DNA of 64,000 bases, taken from contig VJWM01000025.1 in the NCBI GenBank assembly GCA_010909165.1, positions 372,001 to 436,000 on the forward strand, in the 5' to 3' direction. Below are positions 40,052 through 54,193 of this stretch, piece after piece (the stretch's first letter is position 1; each line of letters opens with the position of its first letter). This DNA is from Anthoceros angustus (lineage: Eukaryota > Plantae > Anthocerotophyta). Position numbers and translations under genes: made by a program. The notes under the pieces are model-generated. The model saw only the letters and a list, made by a program, of their open reading frames with translations, was not told where the DNA came from and did no database searches.

Positions 40052-41658
40052 ATGGCGTCCCAGGCGGCTCTCGCTCCTGCTGCTGCTGCTACCGTCACCG
40101 GTGCCGGCCTGGCTGCTTCCGCGTCTTCTCACGTGTCCTCACTGCGAGTGGCTCCCCCGCTGCTGGCCTCTCCAAGTGAGTAGTTCCTAGATCGATCAGT
40201 GTTCTCTGCGCTGCTGCTTCATCTGATGCTCGTCTTGCAGCAGGCCCGTTACCTTGCTTGACACCAGAAAGCACTGGTTTCTTGCTTGCAGGATCCGCGA
40301 AAATCGCTCTGGTAGTCAAATCTGAAGCATCTGTTGGTGGATCACCTTCTATCGGCTTTGCGTCGAAATCTGCTTCCGGCTCGTCATCATCAAGAAGCTT
40401 TGCGACAAGAGCTGTTGCTGCTGTGAGTGCCCTGTCTACCAGTGGACGTGTGTGGCTGGACGTTTGTTTGGATGTCACAAAGCAGGGACTGACCTGATTC
40501 TGCTGGCGGTAGGGGAAACTCGAAGCTGCTGCAGGTGCTAAGAGTCAAGCTCCTCCCGGCAAGGCAGGGCCAGGGTGAGCAGCGTCGATTTCTCACATGA
40601 TTCGTGTGCAGCTGGATTGCATGCATGTGGACCTTTGAATGGATTCTTAGGATAGGATTTTGATGTGTTGATGTTGCTGTGACAGCCATGAGCTTCTCAT
40701 GTTCGAGGCTCTCCGGGAAGGTCTGGAAGAGGAGATGGAGCGGGATCCCACAGTGTGTGTCATGGGAGAGGATGTAGGTCACTATGGTGGCTCTTACAAG
40801 GTGACCAAGGGCTTTGCTGAAAAGTTTGGTGACTGGCGTGTGCTGGACACTCCCATCGCCGAGAACTCCTTCACTGGAATGGCCATCGGAGCTGCCATGA
40901 CTGGATTGAGGCCGGTGATCGAAGGCATGAACATGGGCTTCTTGTTACTGGCATACAACCAGATAGCCAACAACTGTGGCATGCTGCATTACACGTCAGG
41001 GGGACAGTTCACCATCCCCGTGGTCATCAGGGGCCCTGGTGGAGTCGGAAGGCAACTCGGAGCAGAGCACTCGCAGCGGCTGGAGTCGTATTTCCAGTCT
41101 GTACCTGGACTCCAGATGGTTGCCTGCTCCACGCCGTACAACGCCAAAGGGCTCATGAAGGCCGCTATTCGGAGCGAGAACCCTGTCATTCTCTTCGAGC
41201 ATGTGCTCTTGTACAATCTCAAGGAGCGGATTCCGGATGAGGAATACGTATGCTGCCTTGAAGAGGCGGAGCTGGTGCGTCCAGGACAGGATATCACCAT
41301 CTTGACTTACTCTCGGATGAGGCATCATGTGTTGCAGGCTGCCAAGACTTTGGTGAACAAGGGCTATGATCCTGAGATCATCGACATCCGCTCCCTGAAG
41401 CCGTTTGATCTCCACACCATTGGCAACTCAGTGAAGAAAACTCACAAGGTCCTCATTGTGGAGGAGTGCATGAGAACTGGCGGGATTGGTGCAAGTCTGA
41501 GGGCTGCTATTATGGAAAACTTTTTCGACTATCTGGATGGACCCATCGGCTGCTTGTCTTCGCAGGACGTGCCCACACCATACTCTGGCCCACTGGAGGA
41601 ACTGACGGTGGTGCAGCCCCATCAGATAGTCACGGCTGTAGAAACTCTGTGCCAATAG
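40052..41658 (+). CDS. pdhB: Plastid pyruvate dehydrogenase E1 beta subunit; transit-peptide exons about 40052-40176, 40242-40422, 40512-40574, main exon 40686-41658
   Basis: [68 protein letters not shown]; Ala/Ser-rich N-terminal exons with GT-AG borders. Confidence 0.95.
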
Positions 41659-42049
41659 CCCAGCACATCCATTTTTGATTTGAAGACCATTCTTTTTTCA
41701 GGACCCCTCAGCTGCTATTTATGCATCCTCAGTCCGAGAACAACCGACAGGATGGAAGAACGTGGTGCCTACCTGCATCACTTGAAAGAACAGAGTTCAA
41801 ACACCCGTAGTCTGCATCTGCTCAGAAAATTGCCGTTTACAAATTTAACACTTACCTGCTACCTGGACAATGCAAATTTCTGTGCCGTTGAAGCAGGTTG
41901 AGAAGCTGCCAGGAATGTTGCAATCTGCACTCCACGGCCATGAGTCAATCTAGCATATCAACACGCTAGTCTCTGTCTGTAGAATGTGTCGGTGGGTAAC
42001 ACACACCTCAACTGCGGGAATACATGTGTGGGTGCTGTTGCCTAGATGA

Positions 42050-45000
42050 TCATTGCACCACTATCATGTCAGAGCCTGGAGCAGGTCTCTTGTTCTGTCT
42101 GTGGTGGCTAGTAACATTGACTTGGATCCGACCGCCATCCAGCTTGATTTTAGTGCGTTGGCTGTCTCCTTTGGCGTTTGAGGGACCTGGGTGACAACAA
42201 CGCTTGCTGTCACGACCAGTAGCCTCTGCGCGCAGGTTCCGTAGGAGCATGCATGTTGATGCCAAATTGGCGGGAGACAAGATACCTGTTATGTCTTTGC
42301 CAGATTGTTCTCCGGGATGCGTGGAAGCCCAAGTTGCTTCACCCAATTCCCTGTCATGGACTGGACAACCTTTCCTCGCGTTCCCCTGGAAGCCAAGGTA
42401 CATTCAGTCGGGAAACGAGAGACGAGCAACGTAGGAAGCACATGCATCCGTTTCCCATCACCGTACCTGCCGTACAGGGATGGACTGCTCGTGCCCTTGC
42501 CCTGATCCGTGGTCACTGTAAAGGTGTCCACGCGCGTGATCGTAAGAGTCAGCTCCAGGGCTAGCTGCGCTTCCAGGCCTTCGAGCAAGCATGCGAAACA
42601 CTTTCACAAGCTCCACACCTGACCAGGGCCCATCCAGTTTCACATGAGATGCATTCAGCAGCACAAAACTGCAGGCTCCCCATCAGGCCCCGCTTTACCT
42701 AAAGCTGCACACTTGTTTTCAGCGCATGCTGCTCCTTCCAGTGCTGCTTGCACAGCAACGCTGACATGCTCCACCTTTCCATCCAGCAGCCTGTGAAGCA
42801 AGCAGGGGAAAGCGTCAGATGGCTGGACCTGTGTCACCAGCAAACAGTTTTTTTTGTCTTGTGACAACATGCCCGACCTGAGATTACTGAATGTCGCTGA
42901 TGCAACATTCTCAAGACGAGTCTCCAGGTTGGAGATCCTGTTGGACACACTCATGCCTCCAGAGTTATCAGCATGGTCCAAACTATGGCCATCACCCACA
43001 TCTCCTTGCAGCAGCTCGGTGTGAGAAGCGTCTGTCCGGTCACCGTCCATCCTGAAGGGAACACTGACACTTATACCACCACCTGCAATTATCGTTCTCT
43101 AATGAGCAATCAAGGTTTTGCAGCTCCGGGACTCTTCGATCTACTGCACAGGCATGTCAATCACCTTTGTGTTGGATGCTGAGAACTTCGTGACGACTGT
43201 TGGCATCCGCTCCAGCACCTCTCTTCTCAATGTGCTCCAGTCGTAAAGACACTCCCTCTCCACCACCTACCCACAGGCAGTAACATGATACCAACCACAA
43301 TCACAAAGGGTGCGCAAAAGGCGAAATGAGCAACCCGACAGAGTCAGCTCATGCATGCATACCCAATTGCCCCGTTGAAGCATCCACCGTCTTGTTCTCA
43401 AGAACACATAGACGAAGTGATTCTTCTCTGGTTGTCACATCTTAATCACAAGCAGAGAAGCAAGTCAGGGAATCCGGGGCTGAATTTTTGACTTTCTTGC
43501 ACTAAACTGCTTTCCATAGATCACTGACCTTGAGTTGGATTCCCAGCCACCCTTTCAGGCTGTGCTGCTGTTATTGCCTTTAGAGACTGTTGTGCTCCAC
43601 TTACTTCATCTATCCTGAACGCCAGTTGCCGCAATTCGTCCTTAATAGCTTCCTGGTCCTGTTCAAGTTTTTGTGCCATCGAGAATGTTGGATCCTCCTC
43701 AGCCGAGGCCGAGGTGACAGCCAGGGTATTTCTCTTTTCAGCTTCCCTACTACGAGCAAGGGAAGCCATGTCCTGTTCCAGCTGTTGGTGCAGCTGAAGG
43801 CTCTTTCTCCTCACACCTTCCATTTCAGACTGGAACTTCTCAACCTCTTCCTGCAGCTGCAAGCTCTTTCTCCTCGCAGTTTCCATTTCGAAATGAAAGT
43901 CAGACACTGCTTTACCAGCCAATGCTGCGGTTGACTCGATTTCCTTGGCCGTACCTTTAACCTGCAGGCACACACACACACACACACACACAAAACAAGC
44001 GAGGCTTAGCTCTGAGCCTGCTGCCAGTGTGCTACATTACACAGCAGTCAGTGCCACAGCAGAGAACAACATGACACTGCATCAGGAATCTGCTTGTACC
44101 TTCATGATCTCCTTCTCCAAATTTTCTTGCAGCATGAGGCTCTTCCGCTTGGCCTGACCCATCTCAGTGCTGAAAGATCCAACAACCTCTTGCAAGACAT
44201 TGCCAACCTTCTCCGAAGATGTCCGTGCTTCAGCAACAGCTGCAACAGCTAAGTCCCTTTGCTGTTGCACATCCACACTTGCTCTTCTAGCTTCCGCAAT
44301 CAAGCCTTCCTGAAGCTCAACAGTTTTTCTCCTGGCATTCGCCATCTCGTTGCTGAACGAGCCCATAACTTGTTCCAGCACCTCGCTAGCACGAGATGCT
44401 GCTTGACAAGCTTCAGCCGCAGCTGCTGTTGCCCTATCACGGTCTTTCTCAGTACGTTTCAATGCATTACCTACTTCCTCTGCTACTTCCTTCATCAGTC
44501 ACAACAATTGTTGTCACCAAACAAGGTGGCCGTAAGAGAAGATACAGCAACACCCCCCTCAAATGATTGTCATACCTGAACTTCCAACACTCCATTCTTG
44601 ATACAATCCACATCACTCTTGAGAGCAGAGGTCATGCAGTCTGTCTTGTCCTTCAATCCAGACACCCTTTTCTGCACCTCAGCCTTCAGAATTCCAGCCA
44701 CCTCATGCTTATTGGCCTCACAGATGTCTATCACTTGGCCTCGAATGAGGCTACTCTCCCTTTCCAAAAGCCCTCGCACGTGGCCTCTCTCGGCCTCCAC
44801 CAACCGTTGTAAGTATGAATTGCTGTCCAGATCGCACATCACACTACCACTGCGCCCTTTCCCATGCTCCTTCATCTGTTGCCTCACCTCATCCAGCTCC
44901 TCCCTACCACAATCACAAAATCGTTGTTCATGACCTGTCCGGTCAGGGGTACCATCATTCTAAAAGCTGATGATATCAACCAAGGCTACACCTCACCTGA

Positions 45001-48000
45001 AGCGCTCAAGCTCATCCAGCATGAACTTCCTTGGCATTTGCCCTGAGCAGGGCATGCTGCTGCCGTCACCCCCCTTTTCCAGAAGCTGCTGCTTCTGAAA
45101 ATCGCTCCATTGATTCTCCAGAGCATGGATCCGCTCCCGACAACACCTCTTGACGCCGTACAGATCCGATCTCACTTCCTCCAACCCTCCCAGGTACATC
45201 TGTGAAAGAGCCTCCACCCGTTCCATGATGAGCAGTTTTTCACGTGAACCTTCACGTTTGCAGCCTCCAGTTCTCTGCCATGCACCAACACCACCCACAA
45301 AGTAACCATTATTGGCGATGACATTGGGCATAATTTGAAGTGCAAGTGAAGGGATGCAGAGCCAAGGTGTGTGACATACCGGCCGAAGCTCAATGTCGTC
45401 CACAATTCTCCTGAACTCGTCCATTTCAAGTTTCCGTTTGATGTCATCTTTCTCGAGTCTTGACACAACTTTCCTGATGTGTTTGCTCTCTGCCCTGAGG
45501 GCGTCCTCAAGCTTCTTCAGCCCTTGCGATTCCAGCTTTACCTCAGATGCTACTCTTCTGATGTGTTGAAGGTGCTTCCGGAAATAGCCATTGGGATTGT
45601 CAATGGCATCAGTGATCTTGCCCTCCAGCTTTTCTTCCATCAAGTATTCCAGCTCCTTTTTCAGGTCGGCTTTGGTCTCAGAAACTTCAGCATGGTGATC
45701 TGCATGCATCTCTCATAACCAAGAACGAATGTGAGACAAGACCCCAGCTTGCAGGAGGAAGAAGCAGTAGACATCTAGATGGAGGCAGGTCTGCGTCTGC
45801 TGAAAGTTTTTTCTCACTGGGGCTTTCAAATGCTAGTATGCAGTGACTCGACAGGGAGGAGCCAGAGGAGGGGCCCCTTCAAGGACGCAGGCAGGCAACC
45901 ATACCTGTCAGAAATGTCTGAACTTCCGACATAAACACCTTCTTGCTGGCATCCCTGACAAAGGACCCTATCTCTGATTTAAAGCATCTCATTTCATCCA
46001 TCAGCCTTTCTCTGCAGCACTCATCTGTCTCAACTTTCTCTGCAACGATCTGATCGATTTTTAATCTCAATTCTCCTGCCAGCCTCCTCTTCATATCCAC
46101 AAGCTCCTCCTCCGTCTCATCTTTCAAGCATTCAAGCTCCTTTTCTAAACCCACCACCCTGCCTCTCCAGCCCTCACCTTCCACATCGATCCGAATCCTA
46201 AAACCCTCTACGGACCCCTTCAGCTCGCCCACAAGTCTGTTCAAACTGGAGATCTTTTTCTCGTACACCTCATTCTGTACACTTTGCAGCTTGTGCGCCA
46301 CAAACGATACCAGCCGATTGCCGAGGTAATCAGGGTTGTCCTTGTGCGCTTCTACTGCACTGGGGATGGCGTCCATGTTTTTTATGCAATTCTTTTTTAG
46401 CTCTTTCTGCAGCTGGCACCAGGAGTGATCTTCTGCATCACCACTTCTTGAGCTGCTAGTCACTTTGTCGCTCAAGTCAATGAAGAAATAAGATGGTGGG
46501 GGTAGCTTTGATTTCGTGGGCTTGCATCTGGTGTCCACATTGGCGTCCAGACCACAACAGTCTGGCTGCTGGCCTTGCTTTGTAGGGCTGCCTGCCCTCT
46601 TTGCAGCAGTAGGAGAAAGGGCACGTCTACCTAAAACTTCCTCAAGCTTCGGCTCCATCTCCGGAGTTGTTGCTGTTGTTGTTGTTTCACGGATCCCAAA
46701 GCAACTAGTGGTGCTGGATTCTGAAAGAGCAACTCCACCACCGACAAGACGAGAATCAAGAGTTGGGTGGGGGAAGGATGTGGGGAGTGTGATGGGAGGA
46801 GAGCAAGGGCAGGATGTACTGGACAACTCGGCAGCAGCCATAGGAGGCCTGTGGAGGTCAGCAGGGCGTGCACAAGGATGAGTCCGGCCAGGCCCACCGT
46901 TATCCCTCTTCTTCTGGCTCAGCTTTCTGGCGTAGTGAGACAGAGAAAGAGATGACATAGAAGCCTCTTGATCATCATCATCATCATCGCCATCACCAGC
47001 AGCAGATCCGGAAGAAGAATGAGAAGAGGGAGAAGGCGATGAAGCAGATGAGCAGCAGTCGTTGCGGGATTTTGCAGAAGCAGGCTTCTTCTTGTATATG
47101 TTCCCCCTGGCAGTGCGTCCTCTCAGTTTGCCAGAATGAGGAGATGCTTCTTTTGCCTTTACACCGTCCAGTATTCTGCTGCATTGCAGAAAATTGACCA
47201 CTTTCTCCCTCTCTGCGGCCAGCTGGTTCGGCGACAGAACCGGCTCGTGCAGAATTCCGACAGGAGGAGGAGCATGAGCCGCAGCGACCGGCTGTGTACT
47301 ACTTGCATCGTCCTCCTCCACAACCGAATGGTCACCACCTGGCTGCGCGCCTGTGGCAGCAGGTGCAGCAGAGTGAGTCGACCTTGGACCTCTTGGAATG
47401 GCTTGAGCAGGCCGATACTTGGATTCTTGCGCCCTGCCCTGCAAGGCCCTCAATTCTGCCCTGAACCTTTCACATTCTTCGCGCACCCATGCATTCTGGT
47501 GCGCTGCTGCCGCCGCCTGTTGAACCTGGTGAGCTTTCTTGTCCTCGCGCTGGCCAGCTTCAGTTCCAACTCCAGTTCCAGCCTGGGCAAGTGGTTTGGG
47601 GCATTGATCTGTGGAGGAGACGCTGGAGCCCTTGGGTGCAGGCAGCCCTAGCCCTAGCTCTAGCCCGAGCCCGAGCCCTTGGCGTGTGGAGAGGCGAGCA
47701 TCCTCAGAGTCATACTCACCACCTGCCTTGGCTTTCCTCTTGTCCCAAAAAGGCTGGCAGCGGGGCACCTTGGAGACGTGAAATCCAGAGTGATCCACTC
47801 TGGTTTTCTTACTGCAACTGGGCTTCAATCCTGAGGGATTTATCTCCCAGGAGTGGTGGTTGTTGTTGTTGTCTCCAACTGCTGCTGCTGCTGGCTTGAA
47901 GCAACCTGAAGGAAGAGGAGGCTTGGAAGCAGCAGCTGCTGATGCTGCTCCTGCTCCTACTTCACCAATTCCTTCCTTGTCATTGTCGTTGTTATGCCTG

Positions 48001-50020
48001 TCGGTGGTAGAGCCCTGGCCCGGGCTTCTACTCCTCAGCCTCTTCTCTAAATGTCCCTCCTCTCGGCCTGTCCTGTCTCTTCCCTTTCCCTTTCATCAAA
48101 ATGGCGTGTGGAGGCGAGCATCCTCAGAGTCATACTCACCACCTGCCTTGGCTTTCCTCTTGTCCCAAAAAGGCTGGCAGCGGGGCACCTTGGAGACGTG
48201 AAATCCAGAGTGATCCACTCTGGTTTTCTTACTGCAACTGGGCTTCAATCCTGAGGGATTTATCTCCCAGGAGTGGTGGTTGTTGTTGTCTCCAACTGCT
48301 GCTGCTGCTGGCTTGAAGCAACCTGAAGGAAGAGGCTTGGAAGCAGCAGCTGCTGATGCTGCTCCTGCTCCTACTTCACCAATTCCTTCCTTGTCATTGT
48401 CGTTGTTATGCCTGTCGGTGGTAGAGCCCTGGCCCGGGCTTCTACTCCTCAGCCTCTTCTCTAAATGTCCCTCCTCTCGGCCTGTCCTGTCTCTTCCCCT
48501 TTCCCTTTCATCAAAATGGCGTGTGGGAGGCGAATCAGCCTCAGCCTCAGCCTCAGGCTCGGCCTCAGCGTCAGCCTCAACCTCAGGCTCAGCCTCACCC
48601 GTCCCTTTGAATGAGGCTGTGTCACTGGATCCCTGGCCCCAGCAATTCACACCTCCTTGCTCCCTGTCACACCTACCACCATCCACACATGCCACTATTC
48701 CCAGAGCTCCTACTCGAGGCACTCCCCTCACAAACCGAGACCTGATCGGTGACATGTCCCCGACGCTGTCCCCTGCCAGAAACAAAATCAACGAGATGTT
48801 GAGTCAGAACCTAACTAACCCCATCCCCGCCCATGTGACTCCCACCACGACACGACACGACAAGACCCGGCAGACGCAGGAAGGAAGGAAGGAAGGAAGG
48901 AAGGAAGGAAGGGAGCTCTTTTTGTAACGTTCACTGACCTCACCTGTGAGTGGCCGCCTGAGAGAAGCTGCGGACTTGAGCGAATCGCCCACAAAGGGGC
49001 AGGCACGATCCTCCGGAGCCTCCCACGTGCACGACGCCTTCCGGGCATTGGGTGTGGACCTGCGGGTAGTGCTGGCCATGGGGGTGCATCTGCCTCGCCT
49101 GCTGAAAGCGTACGGATACCTGCACACCCGAACGGGCGAACAGCACTGCCGTTGGCGGACAGTGCAGATGCGTGCGTGTAGCAAAATTTGTGGGCATTTG
49201 AGGCGCGGGTCCAGTACCTCTGGTGCAGGCTGTTGAGGAAGTCCCCGGAGCTGCTTGCCAGCTTCTTCTTGCAGCCGGTGGAGGCGCAGGAGCCCGAGGC
49301 AGCAGGCGAGTCCAGCCTGCGCTTCGTCCTGGCACGGCCATGGATTCTTGGGGTGATGCTGCTCTCTGGCCGCAGCAGCGCCGCCTTGGCAGCAGGAGAC
49401 TTGGCCTGCACCACCCGGAATTTTCAAATGGCATCGAACGTGTTTGCGTGGTTGGTGACTGTCCAGGAGCAGGCACAAGAGAAGAGACGGTGGCAAATGC
49501 AGCTCATTCTACCCTGCAGCTCCGGCGCAAGGGGCAGGCGGGGCCCAGCGGCGGGGGATGACACTCCGCTTCCGCTTCCGCCTCCGCTTCCCCTGCAGCT
49601 GCGTCGGTGGAGGAGCCCGCCGCCGCCTGCTCCAGCTCCCTCACCCGGCTGCGCACCCCGTCCAGATGCCGCTGTAGCTCCTGAGCCCAGCAAAACAGCA
49701 GCAGCAGCACTGTGTGATGGATTTCTACACGCCGCATGTCTGGGACCAGGGAAACCGGCGTGGCCTGTGAGCACAGGGAGGAGGAGGCAACGTGTGCTCA
49801 CCTCGCAGGCCTTGTGGTGTCGCGGCTCCAAGTAGAGCGGATGGCAGGGCATGACCACGGACACGAGCTTGAGGAACTTGCGCAGATGCGACAGCTCCTG
49901 CGCCGGCAGCTGGAACTTGCGCGCCCCGATGGCTTTCTTCAGGCAAAGCCGCGCATTACGGCAGTAGAAGGTGAAGGGCAGGATCGTTCCGTCCATGGCC
50001 TCCGCCTCCACCTCCGCCAT
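42050..50020 (-). CDS. Large multi-exon uncharacterised protein: disordered N-terminal half and long coiled-coil C-terminal half (ends uncertain)
   Basis: Consecutive minus-strand ORFs (48096-48791, 45879-47828, 44993-45709, 44570-44887, 44082-44495, 43521-43991, 42655-43050) with E/K/L-rich heptads and plausible splice sites. Possible upstream exons at about 48943-49420 and 49802-50020. Confidence 0.6.
47680..48530. repeat. About 420-bp tandem duplication within the coiled-coil gene
   Basis: 47680-48100 matches 48101-48525, bounded by TGGCGTGTGG(A/G)GAGGCGA microhomology; small indels between copies. Confidence 0.9.
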
Positions 50021-50447
50021 GGCCTCCTCCTCCGCCTCCGCCGTGAACGCGCCTTGGCCCTTGGCTTGCCTTTGCCAACCATAACCGCCACTGTTCCCGG
50101 CGCCAGGACGCAATACCAACGCCCTAACTGCTGCCCTCCTCTTTGTCGTCTCCGTTTTATTGGTTTTTTCGGTTTTTCGTCATAACATTATGTATGGACA
50201 TCGCGCCATTTATTGGGCGCACTGGCATGGTGTTCGGTGCGAGATTATTCGTTGATAAAAATAAAAGTAAAACTTTTAACTTTACTTCTGTTATTTTTAA
50301 CACGTCACACTTTGTCACCAGTCTTAATTCAAATGAATACTTTTGGTTGGTGGAAGAGTATAAGAGAGAGGAATTGTGATTCTCAAAACGTATCCTAGGA
50401 CATTAGTTTTCTCAACCGTACCTATATATCATACCTAGTAACTACTA

Positions 50448-53247
50448 TGGTATACCAAAGAGGACAGAGGGGACGGATATTGTTTTTCTTCCGCTCCGGA
50501 CAGGAAGTGGTGCCGGAGCCAAGAATGCCCGAAACCGATGGATCAACACCTACAAAACTCAACAAAAACCGGGCGGGAGGCGGTGCAGCGAGGCGAGGCT
50601 GCGGAGGAGGAGGGCACCAAGTCGTCCCGTGGCCGCAGCGGCGGGAGGCGGCTGCAGCAGGCGGGAGGCGGGGTGAGGGCACCAAGCGTCCCGTGTGCCA
50701 CGCCATCGGCGGAAGGGGGCGGCGCCTGAGGCGGGGAGAGGAAGGGCGGCCATGGCTCGGCCCCTCTGCAGCCAGCGGGGGCCGTCGCTCAGCGAGGCGG
50801 GGAGAGCACCTTCCCTCCCCATGGCGGCAGCATCGCCAGCCGAGGCGGGAGGCGGGGAGGAGGAGGGAGGGCAGTGCCTCCCCAACGCCCGGCGCCAGGA
50901 CGCAATACCAACGCCCGGCGGGGTGGAGGCGGGCCGGCCGGAGGCCGGAGGCGAGGGCATCTTCCCTCCTCCGTGGGGCAACATCGCCAATAAGCAGCGG
51001 CGGTGGCGGCATCGGGCGTGGAGGAGGGCATCTTGCCCTCCCCATTGCAACATTACCGGTGGCGGGAGGAGGCGGCGCCTGTGAGGAGGAGGAGGAGGCA
51101 TGCCCTCCCAGGCGGCATCGCCGGCACGAGGCGGGCGGAGGCGAGGAGGAGGAGGAGGTCGGATGGCACCATCGTCCCCCATGGCGGCAGCGTCGCCCGG
51201 CGGGAGGCGGCGCATCAGGCGGAGGCGGAAGGGGAGGCACGGTGACCTCCCCAACGCCCGGCCAGCGGCGCATCGGCGGGAGGCGGGGAGGGCACCTTCC
51301 CTCCCCATGGCGGCCTCCAGGCGCATGACAGGAGGAGGTTGCCCTCCCAGGCGGAGGCGAGCACAAGGGGAGGCGGTGCAGCGAGGCGGGGCGGAGGCAA
51401 GCAGCGGGAGATGGCGTCCTTGAGGAGAAGCCAACCCGTGAGGTGGAGGCGGGCCGGCCGAGGCGATGGCCGCCGCCGAGACCGAGGCCGAGGCGGGGAG
51501 GAGGCGGGAGGCGATGGCTGCACAGCGCCGCGCCGGCCGAGGCCGAGCTCGGGCATGGCGGTGGCGATGCCATGTCGCCGCCGCCATGCCCGACCAGGTC
51601 GGCCATGGTGGCGGGAGGCGATGGCCGCCGCCATGCCCGACCAGGTCGGCCATGGTGGCGGGAGGCGAGGCGAGGATCACGGAAGGTGTGGAGGCGGCGT
51701 CTTTGAGGCGGACGGCGAGCCAACGCCAGCCAGTCTTGGCGGCGATCGCCAACGAGTGGGACTCGGCGCGCCCGGTCCGGTTGAGGAAGGCGTATGGGAG
51801 GAATAACCCGGTTCCATCGGTGGCGGCATCGGGCGTGGGCGGCAGATTAAGCGGGCGGGAGGCGAGGCTGCGGAGGAGGAGGCGGGAGGCGGCTGCTGCG
51901 CGAGCTCACGGCAGTGGAGCCGGCATCCGGTGGCACCGTGGAGGAGGAGGAGGAGGAGGAGGAGGAGGAGGGGGAGCAGCGGCGGTGGTGGCGGGCGGAG
52001 GCCATGTCGGAAGAAGAAGGAGGCGGAGTGCGGCTCAGGCCCCAACTCCAGCGGAGGCGAGCACAAGGGGAGAGCGCGACTCGAGGATTCGGACACGGTG
52101 TCCAGTGGAAGCCAGCTGACCAAGGCGGGTGCCTCCGGCGCCCAATGCCGGGCGCGGCTTGGAGGCGGGAGGCCGAGGCCGACGAGAGAGCAAAGAGCCG
52201 CGGAATGCTCGACGCCGTCGAGGCCATTGAGGGCACAATTAAGGTTCTCGGCGGATGATCAAGCGCATAGACGACGAGGAGAAGTAGGCGTCGTCATCCC
52301 TTGTGCTGAGAGATGCATCGCCTTTTGGTTTTGCATAGGGGCGAAGCATGCGCCGTAGGAAGGCCGATGGGAGATAGGGTTTGATGCTAGGCGCTAGGCA
52401 TGCAATTTTGCGATGTGCGTGGACATCCTTTTTGATCAATGGAATGGCACCCTTATTTGTGAATTTTGGCTCTTTGCCTTGACGTAAACATTCTTGGCGA
52501 GGTTGTTGGGTAGATGGCGGTGGTGGTGGTGGTCTACCTAATTGCTGCAGTTGCTGGAAGGTTGCCAGGTTGCCATGCCTGATGGCTATTGATGCTGCAA
52601 TATGTGGTGCTGCCGTTTGGCCTTCTCCCCCGGTGAAGGGCTGAGAGGTTTGCCGCCTCCTCGAAGGCCACACTGTGAAGGTTGAAGGCGGCTTTCATAT
52701 TCTTTGTTGGCCATCCCTCTTCCGATTTCGAGCGGATCGTGCTTCTTCTTGTTTGAAGAGGATCGTGGTTCTCATTGTTTCCGACATCGCGGTTCCTTAA
52801 GAAAACAGTCCAAAGTCCATAGTGAAGGCGGGGACACGGCCGTGGGCTGCATGGTTCGCAAACCATGGCGTGCCCGCGGCATTGCATCTGAAACCCATGC
52901 CGGCCGTAATGTAGGGTTGTCAGCGGATGGAGCGGCCGTAGCGGCGAGTTAGGGGCGGCCATTGGATGCCATCGAAGAAAACTTAATGGTACAAGGTAGT
53001 GCGAAACATTCGAAACATAGTGTCCGTCTCTTTGTTTTCAAAGGTGAAAGCTCGAAAATTTTCAAGGACACCGTTTAGGACATAGTGTGTCCCTTTGGTG
53101 CTTGGCGCTTTTGGTTAGGGGCGGCGGCCTTGACCATGTGCTGTGAAAAAAGCCGTCTTGGAATCTAGGGTATATTCTGCAAGATCCCTCGCCTTGCATG
53201 GGTTTCGCGAAAAAAATTGTCCCATCCTCTGTCCCTTTGGTATGCCA
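50448..53247. mobile_element. Putative TA-flanked TIR element (Tc1/mariner/pogo-like) with a GC-rich repetitive interior
   Basis: TA|TGGTATACCAAAGAGGACAGAGG ... CCTCTGTCCCTTTGGTATGCCA|TA. Possible HTH remnant GWPTKNMKAAF on the minus strand near 52700. Confidence 0.55.
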
Positions 53248-53253
53248 TAACTA

Positions 53254-53600
53254 CAGTACCCCAAGGGGTGATTCGTTAATTAATTAAAATTAGTAAAATT
53301 TGAAAATCCAGAAATTATTATACTTAAAATGTTGAATAGGTAAAATTTATGAGTTTATGATCACAGAAAATAAGGAAACTAGGGTTTGTGTGGAAAATTA
53401 GGGCCTATTTAGGAGATCTATACATATCCATTAGTTATATATATATATACCTATATATTTTAATAAATGTTAAAATTTGATAAAATTATTTTTTGTAAAT
53501 ATTGAAATTTTAAAAAATATAAATATTTATGTTGAGCCTTGTTTTTTTCAAAAAATAATTATTTCGGCATTATCCTATTGAACCACCCCTCGGGGTACGG
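53254..53600. mobile_element. AT-rich MITE (347 bp) with TA TSD
   Basis: TA|CAGTACCCCAAGGGGTGATT ... AACCACCCCTCGGGGTACGG|TA (17/20 inverted match). Confidence 0.75.
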
Positions 53601-54193
53601 TACCTACTTTTCTTTTTCTTATGATAAAACATCAAGAGATTTTCAAAAAATACTTAAAATTTGAATATTAACCCTCAAGATATAGTTTAGAGTTTTACAA
53701 GTACAAGTATGTAATATTTAGAAAACTAATTATATTAATCTATTCATTTGATCAAAAATATATAAATGACCTTTGGAACCAATAATAATTTTTATTCTAC
53801 TTTGGAACAATATAGATTATATTAAAATAGTTGATAAAATAATTTGATCAACGGTTCCTTCATCTTTTAATTTCTCAAAAATCCTCCACATGATGCTTTA
53901 CAATTTCATCAATAGAGTAGTATGAATGATTACACCATGTGTAAAGATGATTGGATATCCTATTGCACATCTCCCATTTACGCATTTGATCAATGGTCTG
54001 TGCGTTGAGTAATTTCTTTACAACTTAAATGCAAAATGGTGGGTTCATGTATCCAAACTACTACACACGCATAGAAGACAAGGACTATTGAACTATTACT
54101 CTGTGTGACATATATCATAATTAATTCTCTAATTTTTTAAACTTTATAAAAATTTAGTAATAACTATGATGAATCTGTAAAAAACTGCTCAGC

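Noticed and set aside
40699-41658. Cyanobacterial contamination or recent HGT of pdhB
   Set aside because: Upstream spliced transit-peptide exons mark it as the normal nuclear-encoded plastid isoform.
50422-52358. Long ORFs in many frames (up to 433 aa)
   Set aside because: By-product of very high GC and low-complexity repeats; no domain-like sequence.
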